A stretch of DNA of 64,000 nt from Intoshia linei (taxonomy: Eukaryota; Animalia; Orthonectida), in assembly GCA_001642005.1 (NCBI GenBank), contig LWCA01000040.1, positions 4,176 through 68,175 of the forward strand, read 5' to 3'. Below the pieces are notes generated by a model, which saw only the letters and a list, made by a program, of their open reading frames with translations, did not search any database and had not been told where the DNA came from. Of the stretch, positions 12,701 through 25,700 are shown in pieces. Every line of letters begins with the position of its first letter. The first letter of the stretch is position 1. The translations under genes and the position numbers were made by a program.

Positions 12701-15700
12701 TAGTTTGAAAACCCCAATTTCCCTTTTTTTGAAATTCAGACGAGTCCTAAAATTATAAAAAATACACAATTTGATAAAGATTTTAAAATGATAAATAATA
12801 TATAATAGTAATAAAAAGTAAATAACAGTCAATCTAGTTATCTTAACTAGTTATATAACTCATTGTTTGTCTGTTTGTCTATGTGGCTGTGTGTCGTTTA
12901 TTTCAATGACTAATATTATAATTTAAAAAATTCAATATTTCTATTACAGTTTTTTTGCGGGGAGAAAGTAAGATAAATTTCATTTTTCAGAAGCTTACAT
13001 CTTACCCGCCAAAACCACAATTATCCTTTTTTTAAAAATCAAAAGTGTTTTATTATATAAAAAATATATACTCTGATAAAGATTTTAAAATCATAAATAA
13101 AATATAATCATAATAAAAACTAAATAACAGTCAAGCTAGTTATCCTAACTTATATAAAACTATGTGTTTGTCTATATGTCTGTCTGTGTGTATTATCGCA
13201 TATTTCAATAATTAAGAGTATTAGAATTTAAGAAATTTCACATATCTATTACAGTTTTTGCGGGGGAAAGTAAGATTAATTTCAATTTTTATAAACTTAT
13301 ATCTTACCGGTCAAAACCCCATCTATCCTATTTTTAAAATTAAAACAAGTTCTATCGTCTAAAAAAATTTACTCTGATAAAGATTTTAAAATCATAAATA
13401 AAATATAATCATAATAAAAACTAAATAACAGTCAAGCTAGTTATCCTAACTAATATAAAACACTTTGTTTGCATATATGTCTGTCTGCCTGTTTGTCTAT
13501 GTTGTCGTTTATTTCAATAATTAAAAGTATTAGAATTTAAAAAATTTCACATTTCTATTACAGTTTTTTTTGCGGGGAGAACGTAAAATAAATTTTAATT
13601 TAAAAAAGTTACGTTTTTAGTCTCAAAACTACAAATTACTCTTTTTTCAAAAAATGAACATAAACATCAAAAATAAAAAATTGTATTTAAACGTTTCGGA
13701 ACCATTCATTTAGAATCTAAAGGAATACCAATCTTCTAAACTTTAGAAGATTGGTAATAGTGAATAGTGACATTTATATTTAAGATTATATTTTTTCATA
13801 GAATTAGAAAAGTCCGCCATCGGCAGAGTTAGTACGAACATGCTGTTTGTACGAAGTACAAAACAGCCAAGGTAGTATTATATAATTCTAAATTTATCGC
13901 ATAGGGTCTATTGTATCCAATGATTTGAAGGATCTGAACAATGAAATTAAAATAGCTCTAGAATATTCCAAAAAGTGTACAATTCTAATGGAATCTTTAA
14001 AATTAAAAAATGAAAATATTAAAAATATAAATGTTAACATCATAAATGACTTATTCATAATTTAATTTAGAACGTCAAAATGGAAAACAAAAAAATTTTA
14101 ATTGTAAAATTGAATAAAATAAATTTATTTGAAAATAAACATTTAGAGACCTATATCAAATAGGATTAAAGAATTGGCAATTTCAAATAAAAAAATTGAT
14201 TATAATAAAAAAGATATTTCGATAAAATATTTTTATACGGGAAAAAAGTTGAATAAAGGTTAGTTGACAAGATTCTTTACAATAATTGGGAATTATTACA
14301 TATTTACAATTTTTGGTATTTTAAATTTTTCCGTGGTAACATGATATTATCTATTTTTTAATAAAAAAAAAAATAATTTTAACAAATTTTGTATAGAGAT
14401 TTTTCGTTAATTAGAATAGTCATTACTGATGACTATTATGACACCTTGGGGTAAACTGAATGATGTTCAGAGTTCCTGAACTATACACTATTTTCAATAT
14501 AATTTAATTTGATCAACATTGTTTTGATATTAATATTTTAGCAAATATTGATGCTAGAAACCCCCAATTGTCAGAAAGTCTATTAGAATCGCATAAAAAA
14601 TTTTACAATTCAGTGTGCAAATTACCGGAATCTTCTAAACAGGTATATTACTGAAATTTTATTATTTATTATTTTATCATAATTTTCATGATAAAATGGA
14701 TGAAAGTTTTCTAAATCTAATAATATTTTTAATAGTGGCTTTATAAATATGGAGTTAAAAAACTAAAACTGAATGTAGTTTCAATGATTCGACAGTATGG
14801 ATTTTCTCATACGCATAACTATGTTAAAACTATTCAAAAATCGGTAGATGCCAAGTAAGTCTATTAAAATATTACATTTTTAAATTGCACTGGTTTGTTT
14901 TTTTGTATTGCTTATAAACAGTAACTAACTCTGCTTGGTTGGGTCTTTCCATGTACATTTGTGGTTTTTGTGCTTTTGACCATGAAGATTTAAGTTTTTG
15001 GAGTTGACATTTACGATAATGTTAAGAATTTTAAAAATTTTCCTATAAAATAGGTTTTTTAAATTCTAGGAACTCATTTCATTTAAAAAAGAATTAAATA
15101 CAGTGTAAAATTGTGGTTTTGACCCTAAAGGTACATTCAATTTTTGAAAGGTAAATTTGCGATAAAAAATCACCGTCAGAACACTGTTTTAAAAATGAAA
15201 ATAAAAAATGAATAATTTAATATTTATTAGATATTAAATAATTAATTAGTTTTTTAAAACTCCATATCTCTTACATAATAAAACATCTTAAATGAACTGG
15301 AAAAACAGAAATACATATTTAACTAAATTTATTTTACATTTGTATATCAGTAATGTTAAATATTTAAAAAAAATGAAATTGTATTATCAATAATGATTAA
15401 AATTAGATTTTGTGTTGTATTGCCAAAAATAAAAATAAATGGATATGAAAAACATTTGAAAATGAATGAAAATGATTTAAAATTTTGTATAAACAATCTC
15501 AATTTTCTTCTTGTATGTTATCTAAAAAGATATAAATGGTTATTGAAAGGTAATGAATGAATATTATTTCTAATTATAAACCTCTAATTTATTAATACTT
15601 TAATGTCATATTAGGTACAAGATACATTTTTGGAAATATGATTGAAAAGAATGTAATTATACTGGTTGATCTTTCTGGGTCTATGGAAATTTACAAAGAT

Positions 15701-18020
15701 TCTATAATGCAAAATCTCAAATGTTTAATTTGGGACCAATTCCATAATAGTGATAAAAAGTAATATTTTGATGACATGTCAAACTTATAATTAACTATAA
15801 TCTTCTTTAAATATTAAAATTAATCGAAACCCATAAAAAAATTAACACAAATATGCCGTATATGTAAATTTATAGATTTAATTTTGTAAAATTTTCGAAT
15901 ACAGTTTCTCAATGGCAAGAAAATGTTGTTCTCTCAGATAAAGCAATGTGCCTTGAAGCAATAGACTGGATATCAAATTTTAATTGTGATGGATCAACAG
16001 ATTTAATTGATGCTCTGAAAGTACATGGATAATGATATCATGAAAATTTGATTTTAGATTTGCTTTGATCAAAAATGCGATGGAATATATTTATTGAGTG
16101 ACGGGAAATCAGACACTAGCATAAAAAAATCAATGCAAATTTTGGACGATTTTTGTTTGAATAATGTAAATACAAAAATCAATTGTGTTGCATTCGAACC
16201 GGATGAGTAATTTTTAATTTTAAATTAAAAATTATGTAAAAATTTCAGAATGTATACCAATTTTCTTAAATCAGTATCTAATAAAACGGACGGACGCTAT
16301 CAAGTTTATGGTGGAAATTCTGAATCTATAACTAAGATTAAAAGATTAAAAACTCAACAATTTTTAGATTTTTTAAAGAATTATTACAGAGGTATTTTTA
16401 CATCAAGTATATATTAGCAGTGCCGTGTCGAGTCCGAATTGGGCCTCCGAAGAAATTTAAAAATTTCTTATAAGTTAAACAAATCATCTTCACCACTAAG
16501 AAAAGTATTTTTTTTGAAGGCTCATATTGATTATGCCCGAGTGTTATGTTAGGCCGTGGAGGCCAAAGAATGGGTATCGATCAATCGAAATTAGTAGGTT
16601 CCTATGTACAATTAAAAAAATATTGGATGATATTGTGTGATGCTGATCGGGTTATTTACACAACGCCGTTTGATAAGATGAATTTAAATAATTTTGTAGT
16701 CATTTCGAAATTTTCTAATATCACATATAAATTTGAATATTTAACCCTTAGTCACTTCTACACCGCTCTATACCATTTCACTAACTAAATGACAATAACA
16801 ACATACTAAATGACAATAGCTACAAACTAAATGTCAATAACTACAAACTAAATGACAATAACTACAAACCAAATGATAATAACACAAATTAAATCAAAAT
16901 TTTTTATTTTTCTATGCTACAATTATTATAGTACAATTTCGGAGTAAATAAGAATAGTTTTTCATATTTATCCTTCAATAGTATTCTATTGTTGATTATT
17001 CTATGCAATATTTAAACTCCAATATCAAATATTAAAAACGATTTTTCAATATTGCTCAGTAATATTCAAATTTTTATTTAAAATAAATGTATCTTAATCA
17101 TAAAGTGGCCTATCCACTTTTATCATAAAATAAGAAAATATTAAATTGCATTATTTTATTTTTTTTAAATTTCGCATATTATAATGGCTAGAAAAACAAA
17201 TCAAGAAAAAATTGAATATAAAAACAAAAAAGAAAACATTCTTAGAGTCAATACAGATGGAGAAGTTCATATTTAAATTTCAAATTATTTCATTGAATTC
17301 AAATTTAAATTGTTCTTTAATTATTGTCATTTAGTTTGTAGTTAGTGATGGTATAGTGACATAAAATGATAAATCTAGACTTTGAAACATTTTATAACAG
17401 TCGATTCTGTTCTATATGAACATGAAGGGACCAGGTTTTGATCATATTCATACTATACTGTAATATAAACATATAGGAATAGCGATAATAATATAATTAA
17501 AAGTTTCAAAATGTCCAATCAATGTTTGTTCAAACAAAATTGTCGTGTTCATATTAAGCTGAGTTCATATTCTAGGGTGTTCATATAGAACAGAATCGAC
17601 TGTATTTGAAAAATATTTTTGGTCGATTACACATATAATTAATTTTCCTCGCAGGCATTGGTTGTGCGCAAATACAATTTAATTGTAGACCCACTACACG
17701 GCATTGTGTAATAAACTGTGTACCACATTACGTATATTTATTTATATTATTTTCTATTAAAAAAATCAGAATTAAACTTAAAAAGCACCAATAACTGCAA
17801 AAAGTTTTCATCGGATATACAAATACACCGATCAAAATTTAAAACAATTGAACCGCTAGGATTTGATGAAAAACTTTTATTGAATGAAATTTTATATACA
17901 ATTGATCAAATTAGTGAAATTAAAAATTACTTGTAAATTATTAATTTTTTAGTTAATTAATTTTTTTTCATTAGGAATAACCTTTATGAATCCTTATTAA
18001 AAAAAAATCCAATTGGTTAA
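3775..18020 (+). CDS. VWA3A: von Willebrand factor A domain-containing protein 3A-like, multi-exon (start uncertain)
   Basis: Spliced exons read SSKAWLKMNGIK-ANNLNLYSVLAPNAY (about 7835-8688), RAMVQMEWPNGTIKNVHVDAADLYIYQSKL (9003-9178), IILLVDTCGSNLPYLIYIQHTIRLILEYQ (11151-), RWVLSWRCEGSRNLLSALKFVVE, GIYIITSGQFDQ. A further VWA domain follows with VIILVDLSGSM...GSTDLIDALK...GIYLLSDGKSD (15615-16205). These resemble VWA3A as I recall it. Stop TAA at 18018-18020. Confidence 0.8.
4762..5511 (-). mobile_element. Non-autonomous Helitron-like element with both termini
   Basis: On the - strand it reads A|TC...subterminal hairpin (TTTGTAC-GTA-GTACATAA)...CTAG|T. Inserted at an AT dinucleotide with no TSD. 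Confidence 0.8.
6742..6923. mobile_element. MITE, diverged relative of 17398-17602
   Basis: Imperfect TIRs AGTCAATCCTGTTCAATATG / CATGTTGAACAGAATTGAC. Confidence 0.55.
8180..8535 (+). mobile_element. Helitron-like element, 5' part
   Basis: Starts A|TCCTAACTTATATAATATG, followed by the family (TG)n tract and body. Confidence 0.7.
9235..10757 (-). mobile_element. Tc1-family DNA transposon (IR/DR type) with a frameshifted DD34E transposase, in a VWA3A intron
   Basis: TIRs of about 200 bp, each with internal direct repeats GCGCAATAAACATAGG, and TA on both flanks. ORF pieces include an HTH plus GRPKK (10446-10030), IFSDEKKFNWDG...VMVWGAFS (10033-9848), FQQDNAPIHTS and DLNPIENVWG. Confidence 0.92.
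12620..13875 (+). repeat. Head-to-tail tandem array of about 300-bp mini-Helitron units
   Basis: Junctions CTAG-TTA-TC at 12834-12842, 13136-13144 and 13437-13445. The last unit ends with the hairpin CTGTTTGTACGAAGTACAAAACAG. Confidence 0.75.
16771..17353. mobile_element. MITE-like element with a subterminal 21-bp tandem repeat
   Basis: About 5 copies of ACTAAATGACAATAACTACAA at 16783-16890. The inverted counterpart TTATTGTCATTTAGTTTGTAGTTAGTGATGGTA lies at 17321-17353. Confidence 0.55.
17398..17602. mobile_element. Tc1/mariner-type MITE
   Basis: Perfect 25-bp TIR CAGTCGATTCTGTTCTATATGAACA, with TA at the right flank. Confidence 0.8.
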
Positions 18021-18837
18021 AGTTTAAACGTTGTACAACTATTTGTAAATAAAATGTTATCATTAGGGCAAACTTTTTCTAACCTATAAAATTGTCAAAA
18101 TATAACCTATCAAAATAAAATTCTAACTTTTCTAACTTTAACTTTAACTCTCTTTTTAAAAAAATACAAATACAGGTCTAACGAGGCAAAAAGTTCTACT
18201 ATGTCAATGGAAAAATCACTTTTTAATTTGCAATATTTACGAATTGGAGTATTATCATTCAAAATTAATGATTTGTGTTTAACAGACGACCTATGACTCT
18301 GGACATCTTAGATTAAAATTTGGTTAAGATTCAGATTTGTAAAATTTAAAACAATGCAATGCACATTGTGCATTGCTCTGTGCAATTTGCACATGTAAAA
18401 AATTATTTATAATTGAATATTTCAAAATCTAACTTTATTAACTTTTAAAAAAATTCTAACATTTGCAAAAAATTTTAACTTTTCTAACCGTATTAACTTT
18501 ATAAAATTTTAATTAGCCATATAATATTGACGATATTGGTGCCATCATACTGGAAATGTTAAACTATTTAACATATCAAATTTTAACTTTTCCGACTTTT
18601 GCTTGCCTTAGTTATCATATAAGATACATGATAAACTGTAGCTTACATTTTAAATTTAATATACAAAATAATTATGATATTTAAGAATATAATTGTTTAA
18701 TGCTAAATTTGAAAAAATGAGGTCCCATTTTAAAAAAAAATCGTTGAGGTCCCGAAGAGGGGTCTCGGAGTACGGTATGTTTGACACTGCCGAGAGTGAC
18801 AGATCAATTTGGATATTTAATTTATTACCCTTTAGAT

Positions 18838-19273
18838 CCGCGGTTCCCAAAGTTGTCCACATGAAATTATAAAATCAAAAATTATATGTGGTCCACAAGA
18901 AAAATTTTAAATTTAACATACAAATTAGTTGCTATTCAATAATTTTTTAATGCTCAATTTCGTAAATTAAAGCCATCATTTAAAAAAATTTCTTTGAGAT
19001 CCCTCGGTAGAAGGATATTGTATACGGTAGGTTCGGCCTGGTAGTTCGCCATAAATATGTTTGAAATTAATAATTCTTTTTATTATGCCATTGAAGCTAC
19101 CATGTCAAAATGAATGTAAAATTTTCGCTTTATGGAGGAATATATTATAAAAAAATATAAAAATTACCTTAGTAACGTGTTCAAAATTAAGGGATGTTTT
19201 AAAAAAATTATGTGGTCCGCATACATTTTTTTGTGACAAGTGGTTCATGATGGAAAAAGTTTGGGAACCACCG
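18838..19273. mobile_element. hAT-type MITE
   Basis: TIRs CCGCGGTTCCCAAA / TTTGGGAACCACCG and an exact 8-bp TSD CTTTAGAT. Confidence 0.85.
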
Positions 19274-19622
19274 CTTTAGATTAAATTTAATTTTTAACTG
19301 CAGTGAGATATATACTCCGTCATTTTTATTATGTAACTAGCTTGACGGTTATGTACTATCATTCTATCCATTTTATGTATCATCCTAGCTCTGCCGAAGG
19401 CGAACTTTTTTAATTCTACCTAAAAAATAAATGCTTACTTATATAATTATCTATATTGTAGTTTCTCGTTATTAAATACAGCAATAAAACATCAATTTTG
19501 AAATTGTTGCTGAGTTAAATAATTGCGCCAAATTAAAATAAATTGTAACGTAATAAGTTTAATAACAGAAAAATATAAAACAAAATGTATCAATTATTCA
19601 ACTTTAAATTTTGTATCTTCTG

Positions 19623-19895
19623 TCACCACAGCGACCAGCTACACCTCCCCCTAGATGAATGGCATTCATTGGATTTGTGGCCATTCATGTTGCAGTTGTA
19701 ACATCTTAATGTGCTTGTTCCTATTCTATCTTTGATGGGAGTGTAGCTTTGCAGTATGACCGTAGCCATTTCTAAAATATCCCCTTGATTGAAGCGTAAT
19801 TTATCAAGTATCTGTTTCGGTAAGCGGTGGAGGATTTCTTGAGTAATTCTAATTCTAATACTTGGATTAGTGTGGTAGAATAATCTACCATGCAA
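19623..19895 (-). pseudogene. Gag-like fragment with a CCHC zinc knuckle
   Basis: CYNCNMNGHKSNEC (CX2CX4HX4C). The ORF overlaps a polypurine tract AGGGGGAGG (19652-19644) followed by TGTAG, an LTR-like start. Confidence 0.7.
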
Positions 19896-19994
19896 ACTTT
19901 ATTTTATTATTTTATAGCGATTGTATCCTTAGATATCGAAATTATTTTATTTTATATCTGTGGATATCTAGTTTACTTATACTTAATAAAATAT

Positions 19995-22145
19995 GTAATC
20001 GTCATATCTTTTAGGTTTTTTTCTTATCCTAATTTTTCTTTTTTCTGATTCTCGATTCTTTAATAATTCTCTAGAATTATCAGTTATTTCAGCTAACGAC
20101 ATTTACTCGTATCGAGATTATCCAAAATATACGTATCCATATCATTATTTTCTTATTTTTTTATTTTACTCTCTGTACAATAATAATTTTTATCGACTAG
20201 ATGTCTCTTTTTTATTTTTATACATTTTCCGTGGAACCAGTTTAAACATTCTAAGCATTCGATCATGAAATCTGTATCGTTTTCCGGCATTTTACATATA
20301 CAATATTTTGGAAGTGTGATATTATTTTCTTGTTTCCTATTGTAACATGGATTATTATCTTTTTCCTTATCTATCCAATTAATATTTCTAGGGACATACG
20401 GATCGTCCAATTTTTTTACTTTCTTTTCGTTAATTCTATAATTATTTTTCCAATAAGTCATCCCATTTGGTACTGTTTTATCGAAATTTCTTTTTACCCT
20501 TCGGTTATATTTTGTATGATAATTAAATAGTTTTTTAGCAGTAATTATTTCATTTTCTCTATCCCTTAACCAATATAATGACGTATCATTTTCGTCGAGA
20601 TTAAGGATTTCCAATTCGTGTCCGTATACTATACTTGCCGGGGATACATTTGTTCCTTCTGTATAACAGTTACGTAAGGCTAACAAAATACCAGGCATTT
20701 GATCTTCCCATAAATTATTATCCCAGTTTAATTTAACTCTTAATAAATCCTTTATTGTTCTATTAGTTCTTTCAGCCAGACCGATACCCTCGTGGTGCTT
20801 CGATATGCTTCTGTTGATGTTTTAATAATTCCACACATCTTACATAAGTTTTTTATTAAATAAGATTCAAAAGCTGCACCTTTATCGGAATGAATTTGTT
20901 TTGGAATTCCGAATCTGCAGATGATATTATTCAGTTTGCTTCAGCTGTCTCTAATGCAGATGTTGACGATACTGAAATAGCCTCTACCCATTTCGAATAA
21001 TGATCTACACAAACTAATAAATATTAGTTTCCTCTTGAGGACATTGGGAATGGGCCTGCATGATCGATTTGTCATAACTCGTTTACTATTTGACTCATAA
21101 TAACTAACATTTGTTTATAAATTTCTTTACGCCTAAATACATTCCTGGCCAAAAATAAGCTCTTCTCATCATTCGATACGTTTTCTTTATTGCCATGTGA
21201 TTCACTCCTATACCTTCATGAATTTTTTTTATTAATTCATTGTTTTTACCCTTAGGTACTAACAATTTATTAGTTTCAATGTTTACGATTTTTTCGTCTA
21301 CCAATTTAATGAATGTTAAAATCTTTAAATATTTATTACTGCTGGGGATATGGCTACTATTATCATTTAAATAGCGTTTTATTTCTATATATCTTGATCT
21401 TCCTTTTGGGATTTGATTAGTCCAAGTTTTCATTACCATGACACCACAGCGCAAGCAATCTAGATAAAGCATCAGCACCTTTATTCGAAATCATATTGTT
21501 CTAATTCTTGAATCCACCTTAATATAAAACCTACGTGTTTCTTTGATTCTAATATTCCCATTAACGATTTATGGTCTGTAATCACAAGAAATTTTCTACC
21601 GTATAAATATCTATAAAATTTGTTATACTCCAATAGACCGCCAAAAATTCTTTATGCGTAGTACTATAATTTCTTTGTGTTGCATCCAAAGTTTTGCTTG
21701 CAAATCTGATTGGTTTACCATCTTGTAGCAACGTTGCTCCAATACCGAAATCTGATGTATCTGTTTCCAGCTTAATGGACGTGTCCAATTTGGATGGTGC
21801 ATTAAAACTTTTTTACATAATTCTTCTATTAATAAACTGAAAGCGTCTTTACAGCTCTTTGTCTATTCGAATTTAACGTCTTTCCTGGTGAGGTCAATTA
21901 ACGGTTTCGAAATAATAGCAAAATTTTATATAAATTTCATATAGTATGAGCACATACCTATAAACTGTCTAACCCCTTTGATTTTTATAGGACATTCCAT
22001 TTTTTGTATTGATTCTACTCTATCATTATCAGGACGTATTCCGTCTTTCGAAACTGAATGTCCAATAAAATTTAATTTAATTAATTTAAATTTATTTTCA
22101 TTTACTGTTAGTCCTGACTTTTCTATTCTATTTAAAACAGTACTT
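19995..22145 (-). pseudogene. Ty3/Gypsy pol remnant: RT C-terminus, RNase H, integrase and C-terminal PHD finger (frameshifts and stops)
   Basis: LETDTSDFGIGATLLQDGKPIRFASKTL..QRNYSTTHKEFLAV (RNase H). IHEG..NHMAIKKT..YFWPGM..KC (integrase zinc finger). DHAGPF, VDHYSKW, FGIPKQIHSDKGAAF, GLAERTNRTIK (integrase core). YCICK..FMIECLECLNWFHGKC (PHD). Confidence 0.9.
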
Positions 22146-22791
22146 TATATTGGTATAATCTACCCTTATACCCTGTTGCGAACGCTGTTTTTATTTGATG
22201 GCTAATAAATTGACTGCGTTTAATAACGAGTGTATTTAATAGCGAGCGTATTTATAAACGAGAAACTACTGTACTATATATAGATTATATTCTGATAAAA
22301 GTTATACACGACTCAGATGATTAATTAAATGTGAAATAGAAGAATGTATTCAATTAATCCTTATTATTGTTTCATAAAAGATACTAAAACAATCAAAACA
22401 TCAAAATTAACGGTAAAAGATTTTAATTTTTATAGCATGTTGAAACAATTCAATAAATATTTTAAGGTTTAATAAATATTAACACTTTTTTATGTATGCA
22501 TTGTATTTATATCATCGAAACGTAAAATGTCCAAATAATTATCTACAATTAAATACATAGTATAATATATAGTTTACATACTTGTTGTAAAACCTCGTTA
22601 TTAGAATTGATAGATAAATCAAGAATAAATGTATTTATTATTATATTATTATAAAACTATTTATATGTAATTTTTTAAATACTCAACTTAAAATAAGACA
22701 CCGAAGACTGTGTTTCGGTATGACGGATTTGGTTCTGAGAACAGCTGGAGTGTTATTTATTATTATTATATGAACTAAAAATTAAACATTT

Positions 22792-25700
22792 TTACCAAAT
22801 TTGGCGATGTGGTCGTTTAACTGATTCTTTACTTTCGCCTTGTGCCTCAACTACTTTCACTTTACTTCGACAGCATAATTTCCAAAAAATCCATACAATT
22901 ATATCGGATAACATTTCAAAATATTCGAAAAAGGATAATACAGATATTCCCAAGTATAGGCCCATCGCACCACCGAAATCCGATAAATAATTTGCCAACT
23001 AAATGATAAATTTTATTTTATGCTATAACATTTATAAATTTAACTATTATTATTATTAATATTAAATTAACGGTTTTTTTTGCTTTCTAATCGTGTTAAC
23101 TGAGGCGAACCTACATCAGAGCCCGACCCATAATAAGGAGGGCTAGATATTATTTACTATTTACAATAATAAATAAATAAAAAATAGTAAATATAATTTT
23201 TTACGAATATTTTAACTTAATACTGAATAAGATTCTTGTTCTTGGATTAATTCCAAATTGAGTTCCTCAAAATAAATCTCCACTTTTGCTAAATTATTTC
23301 CGTGTGCTGTATTATCAATTATAGTCTTAGCTAAATCACTTTTAGCTGATAAGGAAGATAGTACATCGGCCTAGATTAAAAGAATGTCAAATTTAAGATA
23401 CATTGCATATGCAATTTAAATGTTATATCAATTTTTTTACCTCGGAAGCTTTTGATGGCCAAATTGTTGAAAAAACGTTCAATACATAAGTCTTGAGGCT
23501 AATTTTATTATTATAATATTGATGATATTAAAAAAATTTTCTCCGTCCTTCCGAGTTTGTAAGAAATATGACATTTCATTACGATAGGGTGCGGACATTT
23601 AATGCAACATTTGCAACGACGTTATAAATTTGTAAGGGTTCCTGGAAAATAATTACTTCCCGTCCTTGTTGTTCCTAACTGCTTATATAAACATGATCTT
23701 TAGAATCACGGTATAACTAATTCGTAGAACAAACGTATTAAATTTTTTGATTACATACAGCAGTGCTTTCGAACCGGTGTGTCGTGACACTTGTGTGTGT
23801 CGCCAATGATTTCCAGGTGTGTCACCAAACTTATAATTTTAGTTAATTTTTTTTAAATTCCATTAGCAGACAATACAATTGGAAGACGTAAAAATGCAAG
23901 TCAAAGATATTTTTATTGATGATGATAAATTTTACATAGCTTATTTTAAGATTATTATTAGAAAAAAATTAGTTCAACTATATTTATTAATCAATCGTTT
24001 ATTTTTTTGATTGGTATGTCGCGAAATTTTTTAAGATTGAAAGATGTGTCGCTAACCAAAAATAGTTGCAAATCACTGACATGCAGGGACAAAACGGTAT
24101 AATAGAAAAGATAAGGCTTACTCGCATGGTGATTCACAATGAGTGCATGTTATGTTGCCAGCAATAAAGCTTTCAATTACGGAATGAACGCATATATCTA
24201 AATTTTAAATAAATTTTAATGAAAATTATATGAAATAAAAATATGGGCGCATCAAGCTATAATTGTAATACTATATTGTAAAAATGAAATCAGAAAGGTT
24301 CACTTTAAAAATAAACATATGACCACATCAGGATTGGAACTCATAGCTCGTACAAAATAATTAAATATCTATGACCAGTGGTCATTGATCACTTTTACGT
24401 TTGCCATCAAAATGCATTATATCAAAATTATTATTCTAATATGAAATATTCATGATTAATAATAATGATAATAATTTGATTAATGATAATATCACGTTTA
24501 TCAGTTTTATCAATTTTTTATGTATGATTAAAATAACTAGCTAGATTTACATAACAGTGTAATAAATTACCGTGTTGTTGGTTTGTTGTGCTGCACATGA
24601 CCGGTGCGTTTATATCTGCATATGCTACACCCTTTATAGCAAATTTTATATCGTAACAATTACATCTTTTCATTATTTCAATTTGTTCACAAGTTTTTTG
24701 ACAAGCCTTTTTAACAAAATACATAAATTATATTCATAGACATATGTCCAAAAAAAGCTAAAATTTTTTGAGTCGGGAATGTTTAATAAAACCAAACAGA
24801 AAATTCATTTATCGACAATCAGACAGTGTCAAAGTCAAAATGAACACTGTGGTTTTAAACATCTAATTGAAAATATTTAAAAATTTTTATTCTACAAAGA
24901 ATTTTGATGAATATTTTAGGTAATAATATAATAGATAGTTTATGAAATGGATCGGGTAGTAGGTTACCAATCAAAGTGTAATATTATATACTATTGTTGA
25001 ATATCTTGTCCAATAATACATCTCTTGGTATGCATTTATACTTTTATGATTTGAAGTTGGTCCTACTTTTATACAGCTACCAAATTTACCACCCAAGCGC
25101 TTGACTTCTTTCTAAAAATGCAAGTACATGTAACGAGCAACTCATGAAAAATTTATTTAAATTTATTTTTTAAATTAGAATGTTTAATCAATGTTATGTT
25201 CGCATTTACATTCATAAATAAAACACATTAAAGTCGTAAATAATATATTTTTTGAGCAGAATTTTCGATTTGACGTTATAGGATATGCGGTCATCTCTGC
25301 AATTGACATCTTGACTATCAAAAAAGGTCATTAACATTTAAATATTAAAGTTTCTAGTTTTTCTTGTGCAACGAAATTAGTTTCATAAAAACTGTAAAAT
25401 TCTCAGAATGAGCTATTACATTCCGAAAAAAATTTCCAAGGAATGAATTATATAGATTTTTACCCACATTTCTTTATTGGAAATGTGTAGACGTTCAATG
25501 CACATTTTTTTTTGAAATTGTAGGATCAATATTGAAAAGTTGAAATTTTGTATTTATATTAACTTGAATAAACTCTATCATAATAATCCTTTTTATTAAT
25601 TTTAGGACCGTTAATTATTTCAAATTTTTATTTTAATAAAATATTTCGAAAAAAATATATGAAAACTAAAATGCTTTTTTGACCGTGAAGGCGTCACTTA

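Larger units (their letters stand above)
19456..22271. mobile_element. TIR-bounded element (Tc1/pogo-like ends) enclosing a Gypsy fragment
   Basis: Left GTAGTTTCTCGTTATTAAATAC (about 19458-19479) is the inverse of right GTATTTATAAACGAGAAACTACTG (about 22248-22271). TA flanks on both sides. Confidence 0.6.

Noticed and set aside
16783-16890. CRISPR-like array
   Set aside because: These are contiguous 21-bp tandem repeats without unique spacers, in a eukaryotic context with no cas genes.
16418-17706. Large hAT-like element with CAGTGCCGTG/CACGGCATTG ends
   Set aside because: The TIR is only 10 bp and there is no convincing 8-bp TSD. Plausible but unsupported.
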